Source of the DNA: Laetmonice hystrix
Taxonomy: Eukaryota
Assembly (NCBI GenBank): GCA_965235115.1
Contig: OZ249436.1
Span: 53,942,001-54,006,000 of the forward strand
Length of the DNA: 64,000 nt
Reading direction: 5' to 3'
Of this stretch, positions 11,972 to 24,100 are shown piece by piece. Every line of letters begins with the position of its first letter. The first letter of the stretch is position 1. Position numbers and translations under genes: made by a program. The notes beneath the pieces were generated by a model. The model ran no database searches. It saw nothing but the letters and a program-made list of their open reading frames with translations, and had not been told where the DNA came from.

Positions 11972-13843
11972 TGGCGGCCTCCTCCCAATATTTGTCGGAG
12001 GGATCAGAATATCATTTTCCCCTCCTAACGAAATAGGGGAGCATCAGCCTGCCCCCCCCCCCCAGCCCAATTTTGAATGGATTCTGACACCTCTGCCTCT
12101 GCTCTGGCTCTGCTCACCACGGCACTCTCCGACTAAATCCTGACGGCTTTGCCTAAACCAAGGCCAAGCGTGAATCTTAGTTTTGACGACGAAATTTTGC
12201 TTTTCCATCTGAAGAAATTGATAGGTCTGTTAGGTATTCTTTTAATTTATTTATTTAGTTACTTGTGTTCGTTTTTCCTTGTTCTATTTCTTGTCAGCAA
12301 GGCCATTATCTAGTAAGCCTAGGCATAGGCTTTGATGACGGGAGTTTTAGTTAAGGCGACTAGCCGTCGGGCGGCGCCACTGTCGCGCTGGCTCAATTTT
12401 GACGTCAGAAATAGCGAGAGTCGGATATCTTATCCTAGTACAATCTTTGGTTGAACCTTGTTGCCTCTGAAGTCAATTGAATGAGAAGTGTAAGGTTTGT
12501 CAACTAGAGCAGGAAAGGTCACCCTGTGTATTCACAATGTACCGGTACTTTTTTGATTCTTGGTCAAGAGGGGGCAGGGTGTGGCTGCACAGTTTGAGAT
12601 CCTTGCTACAGGCATGTTCGGGCTAGTTCCTCTCACATTCAGATCAATACCAACTTAAGGCTTGAATACCTACCTGAATCAGGATGATTCAACTGTTTCC
12701 ATAGAACTGCTTCATGTTTCTTTAACTTGAACAGGACGACTCCATTACCAATTTCAGCCGCACTTTCTTCATCGTGAACAGGGGCGAACAGGAAACACTC
12801 AAACAGGTATGGAGGGTAGTGGACCTACAAGAAGATACCGGGTACAAAATTGAATAGAATTATATCCAATTCATATATTTAAGTGAGCTACTGAATTTAT
12901 GGTTTTACACCGTGTCTGCAGCATTTCAGCCATATATCAGGGCAAGAATAAAACTTTTCAAACTTTTCAAATCATTGAACTTATTCTAATTTCTATCCTC
13001 AAGTCCCAATAATGGCAATGTGGACCTGCGTATAGTAAGCAGGGCCGTAGCCTTCGGGGGGGCAGGGGGGGGCTGCTGCCCCCCTGGGATTTCCAGTTTT
13101 TTGTGTTTTTTTAACCAACACACCGGGCCAGCTCGACCGGCGCAATGACGCGCTATCACTTGGCAGGCCTACTGCCCCCCCACGCATTTCGGCCAGGCTA
13201 CGGCCCTGGTAAGCATGTGCCCATTCCCACCAGGGCTGTAGGCTAGTGGTGGGCGAGGGGGGGGGAAGGAGAAAATGTGCCTCATCAAAAGTGGCCCAGT
13301 AGGCTTTTCATTTCCATCGGAAAATTGATCTCCCGATGCTGGGAAAAAGCTTTTTTTTTAAGTCCTTTTAACTTTTTTGGGGGTTATTTAGAAAATAAAA
13401 AATGTTCCAGCTAACTAGAATCTATAAGACCTTGGAATTTGTTCCCAGGTGCCAAGAAAATGTGTAGGCCTATTTGGCACTAAAATTAAAATTCCCCCCC
13501 CCCCCCCCCAAGGCTTCAACTTCAAGTTTTTGGCGCTCGCATTAAAGTGTGTGTGTGGGGGGGGGGGGAGGGGAAGTGCACCTACTTTTCCCACATTCCT
13601 GGATACACCCCTTTTTAATAGGCCTATATTTTCCCTTTGAATTTTTTTGGCAGCAATTCAGGTGCCGGGACTTAGGCATATCCCCCTACCTTTTTTTTTT
13701 ATTTTGGTCTTCATACTAACCTTCAAATAACGCTCGGTAGAGAATAAGTCCACCTTCTCTTTCTTGATTCCTTTAAGTGGCACGGTGATAAATACATTAG
13801 ATACTGTCTCTTCCCACGTGTAATCTTTGATGATAACCGGCAT
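6403..13843 (-). CDS. DNAAF4: Dynein axonemal assembly factor 4 (CS/p23 domain plus C-terminal TPRs), 11 exons, 417 aa
   Basis: Exons 13843-13721, 12824-12674, 10491-10358, 9823-9713, 9191-9062, 8245-8112, 7881-7781, 7520-7440, 7139-7067, 6765-6660 and 6512-6403 sum to 1254 nt with an open frame. Motifs MPVIIKDYTWEET..VPLKG, RVFPTAARES..EEEEWLKKQAE, NRAACHLKL and AHVRRGTAFCQLE match DYX1C1. Confidence 0.95.
7140..7439 (-). other. U12-type (minor spliceosome) GT-AG intron in DNAAF4
   Basis: 5' splice site GTATCCTTT (7439-7431). Branch site TTCCTTAAT (7160-7152) about 12 nt before the AG, with no polypyrimidine tract. Splicing keeps the frame (KSPA|LYNNRAACHLKL). Confidence 0.9.
8509..8664 (+). 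mobile_element. Degenerate tRNA-derived SINE remnant (V-SINE-like core)
   Basis: A-box-like GTGGCTTGGTGG, core CCGGGTACTCTGGTTTCC...AAAACTGACC and a tail AAATCAAATCCAAC resemble invertebrate SINEs, from recall. Confidence 0.4.
9930..10340. mobile_element. CAGGG..CCCTG MITE, copy 1 (hAT5-like)
   Basis: Reverse-complement homologous over most of its length to 28797-29176 (e.g. GGGCAAGTGAAATACTGTC). TSD is decayed. Confidence 0.75.
10672..12449. mobile_element. Non-autonomous P-element-like DNA transposon (1778 bp) in DNAAF4 intron 2
   Basis: TIRs of ~90 bp starting CAAAGATTGTACTAGGATAAGATATCCGACTC (first ~32 bp perfect). Exact 7-bp TSD GTTGAAC at 10665-10671 and 12450-12456. CANRG termini with a 7-8 bp TSD are typical of the P superfamily. 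No transposase ORF. Confidence 0.8.
11916..12095. mobile_element. Small MITE nested in the P-like element, containing a 32-nt G run
   Basis: Imperfect TIRs CAGGAGATTCAGAAC / ATTCTGACACCTCTG, 6-bp direct flank CCTCTG on both sides, poly-G at 11938-11969. Confidence 0.5.
13040..13208. mobile_element. CAGGG..CCCTG MITE with 5-bp TSD (hAT5-like)
   Basis: TIR CAGGGCCGTAGCC / GGCTACGGCCCTG. TSD GTAAG at 13035-13039 and 13209-13213. Confidence 0.75.
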
Positions 13844-15163
13844 GACTGATGATATGTAATGAGACCGCTGATTCACAGTCTGACGTTCGCTTTCCTTGCT
13901 GGCCAGTGCAATGGGTGCCAGCCCAGTGCAGTGCCGCCAGGGCAGTGGGTGTACCTGTGCTGGGACCTTTCCTTGACAGTGAGTGGATACTTGAGCCAGT
14001 TGAGGTGATAGGTCTACTTACTCTTTCGAACTTGTACTTGTCTCTTTCAAAATTCTGTGTCTATTGAACTTGTTTCTTTACTGTCGGCAGTAGTAATTTG
14101 TGTACAAGCCCGACACACACCAACCTGCTCTAACAAGCTGAAGCCGTCGTGGACTGTTGCACGACTCACTCCGCCAGGGGGCTCGCCCCTAGCGGCAGAA
14201 CAGTGAAACAGTCTAAAACCGTCGGGTAACGCTAAAGGCTTATCGGGAATCCTCGGCCATTCCTGTAAACGGACTACTACACAAATGGCTGTAGATATCC
14301 GAAAGACTGAAAGAGCGGTCCTGCGTTCAACTGCTGTGTGACGAAGCTAGAAAAGATAGAAATATACCCCCCCCCCCCCCAAAAAAAAAGAGAAGGAAGA
14401 AGAAGAAGAAGAAGAAGAAGAAGAAGAAGAAGAAGAAGAAGAAGAAGAAGAAGAAGAAGAAGAAGATGATGATGATGACCCCCCCCCCCTCCTTGTTGTA
14501 CTGTAGGCAGTGTGTAGCCTTCTTAGCCTGCCCCCCCCCCCCGGGCCAGGATGTAGACATGATAGACATATTTCTCCCATCTCTTTTCTTAAGATATACC
14601 GGTATATTATATACATATCCCTTGTACATTGTGTTTCTCTCATTATTACAGTATTAAATGCCAACCTTGGGAACCCCAAAAATCCTGACCCATTCGCGAA
14701 CGACATCAAAGTTTGCAGACATGCCCTCAACTGGCTCAAGTAGACTGGCTGGTTTGTGGTTTGCCACTGTTCACAACCATGTCAAAACTTTCCAACTTGT
14801 GTTCCATGTTCTGATTAGTCAATTTCTCTGAAAATACGGAGGTTTCCATACAAATTATTATGCCCTAGACCGCGGACCAACAAACCGTAGAACTTTGAAC
14901 AAACCACACGCGAACACTCCTCAGCGCTAACGTTTTGTCTCGCTGTTATATTGAACGGGCCTCAACGCACCTGCCTCGTTTTGAGGTTTGTTGACATCAT
15001 GGCGGACTTGGAAACGTCTCAGCGGGCTGCGACTCTAGGGATCTCTGAACCCCTTAGCTCTGGGGCTGTTTACATGGGATAACTTAGAATTCGTCTACTA
15101 TTACTTAATTACTCTACTTTACAAGCGCTTGACTGTTTTAGGCTAAAGGCACGACTCGCCAAA
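13844..15163. promoter_or_regulatory. Divergent (head-to-head) promoter region of DNAAF4 and WDR93
   Basis: 1320 bp between divergent ATGs, with CpG retained. Imperfect RFX X-box-like GTTTACATGGGATAAC at 15068-15083 (weak). Confidence 0.6.
14396..14476 (+). repeat. (GAA)23(GAT)4 microsatellite flanked by poly-C runs
   Basis: Read directly from the sequence. Confidence 0.95.
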
Positions 15164-18100
15164 ATGCCTGTTTATTTACGCAACCATCTGACGCCCCCGT
15201 CTGTCAGTGAACTACAACAAAAACAAGACGATCATGATGATATGGACGACTTTCTGCAGGATCCCGAACAGCTGTGGGATGTTCTACCCCAGCCGTATCG
15301 GATGATTGACAAGGTTATCAACAACGTCCTCGACAATTCCTGGGCAGTCATATCGAGTAGAGAAAAGGATCGGATAGCAGAGGCGTCCAGGATACGCCCA
15401 CCCCAGTATGCATGTACAACTCAGGCGCAGGTTAGCAGCGCCATCACATCACTGTCATCAGACTCATCATATTCATATCATAGCCATGATGGGCGGCCAT
15501 GATAGGCCTACCATGAAATAGAAATTTGGGCGACAATTTCAGATAGGTCTATCTGATCTTTGGATATTTCTAATTTGTGATAGGCTTAGTATAAAAATTA
15601 TGCCATGACCGAGCAGTTAAGCCATCACGGCAGAATATAAAACTAGGACAGGTCTAATATTCTGAGACTGAGACTGAGTCTGAGAATAAATAAATGGTAA
15701 CATTAATGATTAAATAAATGCAGTCAAGTCTAAGTAGAAACCCTATCTTAGATAAATCATCTTTTTCATGCTATAATCAAGAGCGATTTGGGGGAGAGGA
15801 GTAGGGGAGGAACAAGTATAGCAGAAGTGGGTCTCTCGATCTTGGCTGATAAGTGACTGGTTCTAATAAGGCCAAAAAAAAAAAAAGTTTCGTTTCTTGT
15901 CCTTTCATATAAAAAAAATGGTGCGGTGACGCGGCTTTTTTTTTTTTTTTCATCTTTCTTTTTTTTTTTGGATGCAACTAGACAACGGCCGATTCTTCGA
16001 ATGCAATTGCTGTTGGGTACATAAATCTTGAAGAAAAGACTAATGCAATGATGTTCAATGTTTTAGAATGTGTAAAACTCGCATAAAAAGCAATAAGACT
16101 AACAGAAAGGCGCCAACGCCAAAGAACCGTTGCAACGTTCTGTCCCAGCGCTACACTGCCCACCATATGAAGCAGTCGGATTTGAAAAAAAAAGACTTGA
16201 CGCGGGGGTTTTTAGGTGACGCGCGCGGGGACAAGAAACGAATCTATTTTTTTTTTTGGCCTAATATTGGTAAAACATTAAAAAGTAAAAAATAAGACAT
16301 TTTTAGTACTGGTATAGGAACTAAAGTTCCAGTTTTGTATTCATTTGTAGGAGCATGGTGAGGCACAATGTCTGTGTGAGAGCCCTGATGGATTCTGCAT
16401 ATTCATTGGCCTTCAAGATGGCCTCGCAGCTATTGATGGGGTCACACAATCTACTCTTGATGTATGGACAGATGAAGAGATGAGCATTACTCAGATTCAT
16501 GTCAGTATCCTTGAGTCAAACATCTATCTCATATGTACAGTTGATGAGACGGGTGAGTATGCATATTATTCTGCATTCATCTTGACTTGATATACAAGTT
16601 GGGAAATATTTCTTTGTTTTGCAGCGACAAACATACAAAGGTTACATTGCAACATGATCATGAATATAAGTAAGACTAAGAGTATGTAGAATTTTGAAAA
16701 TGCAGAGGTTACAGGATTAAATTGTAATCTGTATAATGAGTATCTGTCATTTCAGTGACACCAAAATGCAGACATGGGCCCTTAGGTTAGATAAGGCCTT
16801 AGACTTCATAAATCAACAAACGTATACCCACAGAAACAGAGAAATCTAATGAAATGAAATTCAACATCCCATGACCATCTTATGGCTGGTTGTTGACAAA
16901 ATCGTTGACTAGCATTGACTTGAAGAGCCAATGAAATTCATCAGATAAATCATAATGGACCTATGAATTGCATTGTCTGTTCAAGGCAATGCCAGGTCAA
17001 CAGCCAGTGCTTGAAGAGAACATTTAACAGAACTTTACTTTACTGATCAATATGATTTCAGGTGTTGGGCGAATTTTTAGTCTGGCAGGATGCAGGTTGT
17101 TTTTGATACAAGTAACAAATGAAGTGCAGGTTTGTAATTGCTGTAACTGTCTGAAGACTAGTGCTACTTGCCTTAAGTATGCAGCAAAAGAACTTAATGT
17201 GAAACTGAAATAAGCTGGTAACATAAGTTGATGATTTTAGAACTTGAAACTTGCAGAGAGATAGAAACCTGTTTTAAAGATTTCTTTTTCTCAGCACTCA
17301 CTGACAGGAGATACATTCAGGATTCTACAACTAACCACATTGACATGAGACAATATGCTTTATCATAATTATACAAGAGAGAACTGACCTTATTGTTTGA
17401 TATTATGTCCTTTAAGAATGGTGAAACATTAACTGTGGCTACAAAAATGGAGGGATCCATGGATGGAAGTTATGTTGGAGTATACTATGAAAGTAAGTCA
17501 TCGATAGTAATTCTAGACTTTCCAAACAAGTTAGAAAGGTTTTATTTGTTTGTTTATTATCTTTCTTTGGAAAACCAGTAAATTTACCTAAAAATGTCTT
17601 TTAGATGAACCAAACTTTATTCTATTTGGACTATTTAAAAACATAGGGTCTAGAAGATCTGCCTTGTAATGTTAACAAGTTTATAAAGTTAGAGTGAAAA
17701 AGAAATGCTATTAATCAGCTGTGCCTTTGATTTTTTTGTTTAATCCAGATATCAGCAACCGAGAAGGGTTTCTGGAGATTCACAAAACCCCTCAGGACAC
17801 ATGGCTGAAGGAATTGGAAGGGATTCTTGCAAAAACTTCCCCAAAAAACCAAATTGCAACCTCGCCACCTATCACAGTAGGTGTTAATGTTCCAACAAGC
17901 AGTTTAAAGTGGCACCCCAAATTCCTTAAATACTTACCTTTGAACCCCAGTGATACCATGTTAAAATTTTAAATTCGAGCGATAAGTGAAAGTATTTTTG
18001 GATCCGTATTTTTTAAAAATGGCGTAATGTTAGGGCCCCGAGTTACCATTCAGCAATCGACACATAATGAGATGAATCGTTGTAATATGGTATATTTATC

Positions 18101-21100
18101 TCTGGGAAAATTTTATGTAATTGGCTCTCTTCAACATAAATGTAGATCTGTTTTATGTGAAATAGAATGTCAGATGATGGTTGTTTCAGGAGGGTGAAGG
18201 CACACAGTCGCCAGGTGCCAATGGAGCCCAGGTTGGTGAGGTTGAGGGTGAGGCTGCCACAGGAGTTCCTGTAAGTGTACCCCGGATTTTTAATAATAAC
18301 CAACTCTACTTGTGAGTTTAATGTGTCACAAGCATAGGTTAGATATTGCTGTGAAAAATAAAGTGCAGCTCTGAGTATGACTATATTCTGCTAATTATGA
18401 CCGTTTTTGTTGAAAATTGGCCCCATTTTTTCACAGGCACTATCTGTTAGCAGGCGAGGTAGGAACATAAGGATTCACTCCTCAAAATCCCAAAATACCA
18501 GTAATCAGTATGGGATATGTAGCTCTTCAGGTAAAGGTGTAGTTTTTGCTGATCAGGCTAGTCTACAGTACAAGATAAAGCCAAGTGACATAACAGAAGA
18601 AAGGCCAGTTTCTGGAGAGTCCTATCCTAAAGGCACCAAGTCATCCCCGTCATCAAACAGGTCAACAAGTGTATTGTCTTTGACTGGTAAGGCAGATCCA
18701 CAGGTCCTGATTTCCGGTTGCCAAGGAGGCTGCAAAACCAAGATTCTGAATGCAGCTAGCATTGGCATTGGGTGCGAAGAAAAAAGACGAAAGAGCTCAT
18801 CAATGGGTATATCAAGGCTTAGTGGGAGGATGGCGTCTGCTAGGGGGCAAAAAGTCTTGCAGATGTCAGATGTACTTCCCTCCAAAGTACACCGAGGACC
18901 TTTAGCCGGAAGGGACTGATCTCCAAGTCTTGGAAGATCCCACTCTGTGTCACGATCAGTCTCACGATCTTCAAGTTCAGCTACCCCTAAACCAGACTCG
19001 GCACGCCTCAGTTCTGGTGGGCGATGGACAGAGGCGGGTAGATCAAGTTCTGGGTGCCTGTCCAGGCTAACAGTGGAAACAACGGCATCTAGATACACTG
19101 GTCACAGACTTCAGATAGTAATCTAACTTCCCATTTCTTGTCTGCATGGTGGTCTAGTAATCCTTACTCCAGAACATTTTTAGAGTGTTCCACCTCATGG
19201 CTATTAAAAAAATAGAGAGTAAAGTTAGCAATAAGAGCTGGTTACACTCCCCACTGTGATAGTATTCTGAGTGTTGTTTATCACTCATTGTAGGCCTATT
19301 ATGTATTGAGTGAGCTGTGAACATACCTGTAGATTGATTCCAATCTGCTATTTTAGACGTCTTTGCTCCCGTAAAGTTAGATCCTTAGAAGTTTCATGAA
19401 TCTCCCTGTGGTTGTTGTTTAGCCTATTCAGTTTTTATGAATTATCATCGAAACAAACCCCTATTTCGATCCACGGAACTGTGAATATAAAGACAAGAGT
19501 GCAGGCTTTCTCATCACCACACACAAGGAAATTATGCACATTTGGTGTACAGGCAATGTTTATTATTGGCAATCTAAAGCTGTGTTTTTCAGGTACTGTT
19601 TACACCAAGTGGCTCAGATCTGTCTTATATTTTGACGATCTAGTTCTTGATATTTCAGTTGAGGATTTTTAAAGTCGCTCTGATGTTAGCTTTATCTGGG
19701 TACCATACTTTATTTTCTTCTTGGGCTAAGATGGGAATAAAATGTTTATGAGTGCCTCCTGCATCCTGTGCATGAACCCTGACATGAAATGTTCTCCCTA
19801 CCTCGTAGGCCCCTACTGTTTGGTAGAATGCTGCTTTTATATTCAATTGAAAAATACAGAAAGGTGTTAACATGGATTTTAATTAAATTTATATACGTCT
19901 ATATCAAGAATATTTTATATACTTTTCTTTCATAAAGTCTTATTTTTATGTGACCAGTCAAAAATGATACTGTTATAATGTTTTATGATTATATTGGCTA
20001 CTACATGTAATGAATGTTTTAGAAAATCTGCAAGTGAATTATGTCTTTATATTAAACCTTGGAAGTTATACACGGCACAAATATAAGAATTATAAAACAA
20101 CGTAATAATCTTTATTTCTGCTCAGCCTGGAACAGCGTCATGCCACCCAAGAACCCGTGTAAGATTGCATCAACTGAGTCAAACAGTTGTCATAACTTTT
20201 GTGTGATATTTAGATGCTTCCTACCCCAAAATCTGACCTCTCAATTATCCTGCCTTGTAGATGACCAGGGAATCACATTAACTAAAACGGCACACATGTA
20301 AATAAGTTTTTTTGTTTCTCCCGACTACGAGCACTTAGAACTTTAACAGTACGGAACTGTTTAAGAAGTGTAGTAGGCTGATTTGCTGGTACTTGTAGAT
20401 AAAGGTGTTTGGTATTCAAAAATAAGAAGTTTCTGACGGGTTTATTTTCTTTCAGCCTTCGAGTGGAGAAGAAAGGAATGCTAAGTTTGCTGTTACAAGC
20501 CTTGTATTGAAGGTTAAACCTACACCACCAGTTCAGGGTAAGTACTAACCCATGAAACTGGTAGTATTTAATTATCCAAAGAATAACATTTTTCTGTACA
20601 TGTACCGGGGGTATTGATTTTGGGGTTGATTCTGCGTAAACCTTATGTCTACCTTTGATACATTTCTGGATAACACTGATTGTTATCGGCCAAGACCAAA
20701 AGGGCATCAGAAATTGCCAGCTTGGTATACAACATACTTTTCTTAATTTTGAAAACTGCCAGAGTTCGATCGACATTTTTCACATCATTTTCTCTCTCTC
20801 TCTGTGTTTCTGGTAGGGAATCTCTCCGGCTCCCAGTTGACTGTCTCCAAGTCTGCCGACTTAGGAGATGTAATCGGTACGGGAACAAATCACCTGATCT
20901 CCCCACAGCACCTGGAGGCTCGTGAGAGCATGTTTGACCACCAGCACCACCAACACCTCAAGTACCTCCCAAGGGAAGAGAAACCACCATTCAGGTAGAC
21001 AGTAACAAAGTTCTGTCAGTGAAGTGTACTTTATATTGGATTCTTTTGTGATTCACTATTATTAAACATACCTCTGTAGAGTGTTCTCACCGGAACTTTG

Positions 21101-24100
21101 TAGCAGCCTGGCAATCTATGGCCACCAAACTTTCAAAGTACAGACCAACAGAGGCCTAAATCCTCCAAGGCTAACAGAAGTTCTAATACAACGTCATGGA
21201 CAAGTATCAGGTAGCCTACCAGTTAGTGTCCATTCCCCTGAAGATGGATCCCAAATCTCTGTCCTCCGCTTTCTAAAGTCATTGACTACAGAACATACAT
21301 TTACCAGTTATAATCAACCCTGACGGAGACATCGCTTCTTTGAACAGGCAGCCGTATTTTCACTTCATGACCCCAGGACGAATGATGCCACAAGGTTTAG
21401 AGAACCCTCTGCATGCAAGTACGTGGAGTTTTGTCTCCCCCCCCCCCCATTATAGGTTGTGAGGTAATGTCTGACCTCAGTTTTATTCAGTGTTGTTGTT
21501 TTAAGGCACTCTATTATACTAGATAGGTCTGTGAAATTCATTAATGTTTACCAGTGCATTTGAGATATTTATGGTGACATGGCGTTTCTGTTGATCAGAT
21601 GGAACAACAACCGTAGCGGTGTGGTGGACAGGATCCCATCATCTCCTTCACTATTCTATTCTCAAATCTGGCAAAGGTGAGAATATTTAATCTGTATTAT
21701 TATACAGTACATGTATACCTAACAGACCACCACCAGAATAGGCGCCAGAAAGGGTCCAAGTGATTGGTGGGAATAGAAGGGGATCCCATTGTTTCTTGGT
21801 CTAGACCTCTGTATTGCAGGCGGTGGGTGGGGGGGGGGGGGGGGGGGCAGGACAGCACAGTGGGAACTAGTTCACAGAGGATATAGGCTGAGGACTGTTG
21901 CGTAACCAGGCCCAGGGAAGGGGGTGGGGGAGCCAAACTGAACTGTACATTGATCTATACTTTGAAAGTTTGAAAGTCTGGCTCCCGCTGGGGGTCGATG
22001 CAGACCTGGCTATGCAGCCCGGCTCATCCCTTTTCACCCCACCATGGACGATAGCCTGTTTTTCTGGGCCCAGTTTGTAAAACCTTAAGATCTTGCTTAA
22101 ACATTTACCTTAAGCTTGATCTTAAGTTTTTATGATCTAGGCCCTGTTGATAGATCCCACTGATTTCAATCTTCATCCTGGATTGTTATCCAGGTTGAGA
22201 ACTTATCACATTTTAACTTTAAAAGATCAAGGTCAAGTTATATGAATCCCTGTAATCCCAGAGAGAAGATCCAGTATTTTATACATTATCTTCAATCAGT
22301 TGTGGAGGAAGACCCATTGAATATGGGGAAAAATGTGAAGAAAGCAAAGAAGCAAGGGATAGTCACTGAAGGAGAACAGCTCGAAGGTTGGGTAGCATTG
22401 TGTTTGTAATTTTCTCTCATACGTGCACATGCAACTTCACGTTGAGCACTGGATGGTATGAAGCAGCACGAAGGGCATGTCACAGTGAATCAAATGAATC
22501 ATATGAATCAACCAATTTTCTTCTCACTAAAGATTAAAATTTTCCTTCTCATCGACATTGTTTGTACACAATACTGTAATGTAATACATTCGGTGTTGTT
22601 TTAATTTATTCTATCAAACACGGTATAGCACACAAAAGAGGACGACGAGCACAAAGTTCACTAAGTGTCAGGACACCCAGGAGACAGAGTGCGATGGGAT
22701 CGAGGAGATCTGTAATATCAGACAGATCCGACAGAACTAACCTGTCATCACTTGATAGTTATCATTGTGTGTACCAGCAGCTATGTGATGCATGCTTATA
22801 CATTTATATCTTTGTCCAGTCAGCTCTTGGAAACCATGAGAGTCGATGTTGTCTGTAGTCAAGCAAAAGTTATACATTCAGTTAAATATAGCTAGAGTAG
22901 TCAAAGTAGTATTATCACCATAGAAGATCATCAGTTTCTGCAGTCGCTATTTTTAACCTTTTGGGGATACATATACAGGTATATATGGCTCATGCATATT
23001 CTTAGCATATCCAGTAAAGTTTGTAAAGAACATGTGAAACATGTTCTGGTAATTCCAGGAAAGTTCTCAATTAAGGCAGTTGAGCTGTAAATTTCAATTT
23101 GAATATTTTAATTACTGGTAATGCGTGAGTAAAATCATAGAATAGGTCTTGGAAACGGGCTGGCTGTTTTTCTTAGCTTCGAACTTCACATGACCATTTA
23201 AACCCTCACCAGATTAGTACATAATATCTGTTTTTATTGATGCATTCAATATCCCTGACATAAAAGTAGATTTGATGCTGTAGATAGAATAATTCTATTT
23301 TGTAGATATTTATTTGCTGCCTGACCTTTACTATTTTCAATCTATAGGTTTTTAAAAATAGTTTTTTTTTACTTCCTATGACTTATCATCATTGCATGCT
23401 TATAACTGTAGGCGTTAACAATAAAAGGGTATGTGTTACCGTAACGTGCATTTCAAGGAGTGTGTTAAAAAAACCCTCAAGATTGCCCCCAGTATTACAA
23501 TGTAGATTCAGAAAATGCAACCTAAACCTCCATAGAGTCAGGGAAAACAAAAAAGAAAAAAATACAATGTTAAAATAAAATACAATGTTTAAAGTTGCCA
23601 TTCACGATTTATCTTTATCGAGACTGCAGCTGTCTGGTTCATTTCCACCAGGATACAATGGTATTTTTGAGATGAAGTTATATTGAACCAAACCATATTT
23701 TTACCAAAGATTTGTGGGTGGTAAGCAATATTTTTCCAAAGACGCCCTTCCTAATAACTGGCATCTATATAATTACTTCAGATCCGGACCAGAAACCTGA
23801 CATGGTTTGGCCAATGTCTCATAAGATAGTTGCCTCAGCTCTGAGTCCATGCTCGTCCCTGTTGGCGCTGGCTTTGAGTGATGGCTCTGTGGTGATATGG
23901 GAAAAACAGCTTGGTGAGTTACTGTTTCTATATATGTACACGTAGTAGTGATCGAAGTGTTCCTAATGTTATCCAGGTGGCAGATGGAACTTTCTGTGAA
24001 TGGGATTATCAGGGTATGAACTGCAATCAATGTGGAAAATGTTAAAATTTCTGGCAATGGTGAATTGTGTGCCCCCCCCCCCTCCAAATGTAAATAGAAA

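Noticed and set aside
14327..14739. Poly-Phe and poly-Ser ORFs
   Set aside because: Translations of the (GAA)n microsatellite.
18917..18919. Selenocysteine codon
   Set aside because: Low-complexity context, no redox motif, no SECIS identified, and WDR93 is not a known selenoprotein.
18622..19098. 158-aa antisense ORF as a nested gene
   Set aside because: Best explained as the shadow of the plus-strand S/R-rich frame. It has no ATG start and no recognisable motif.
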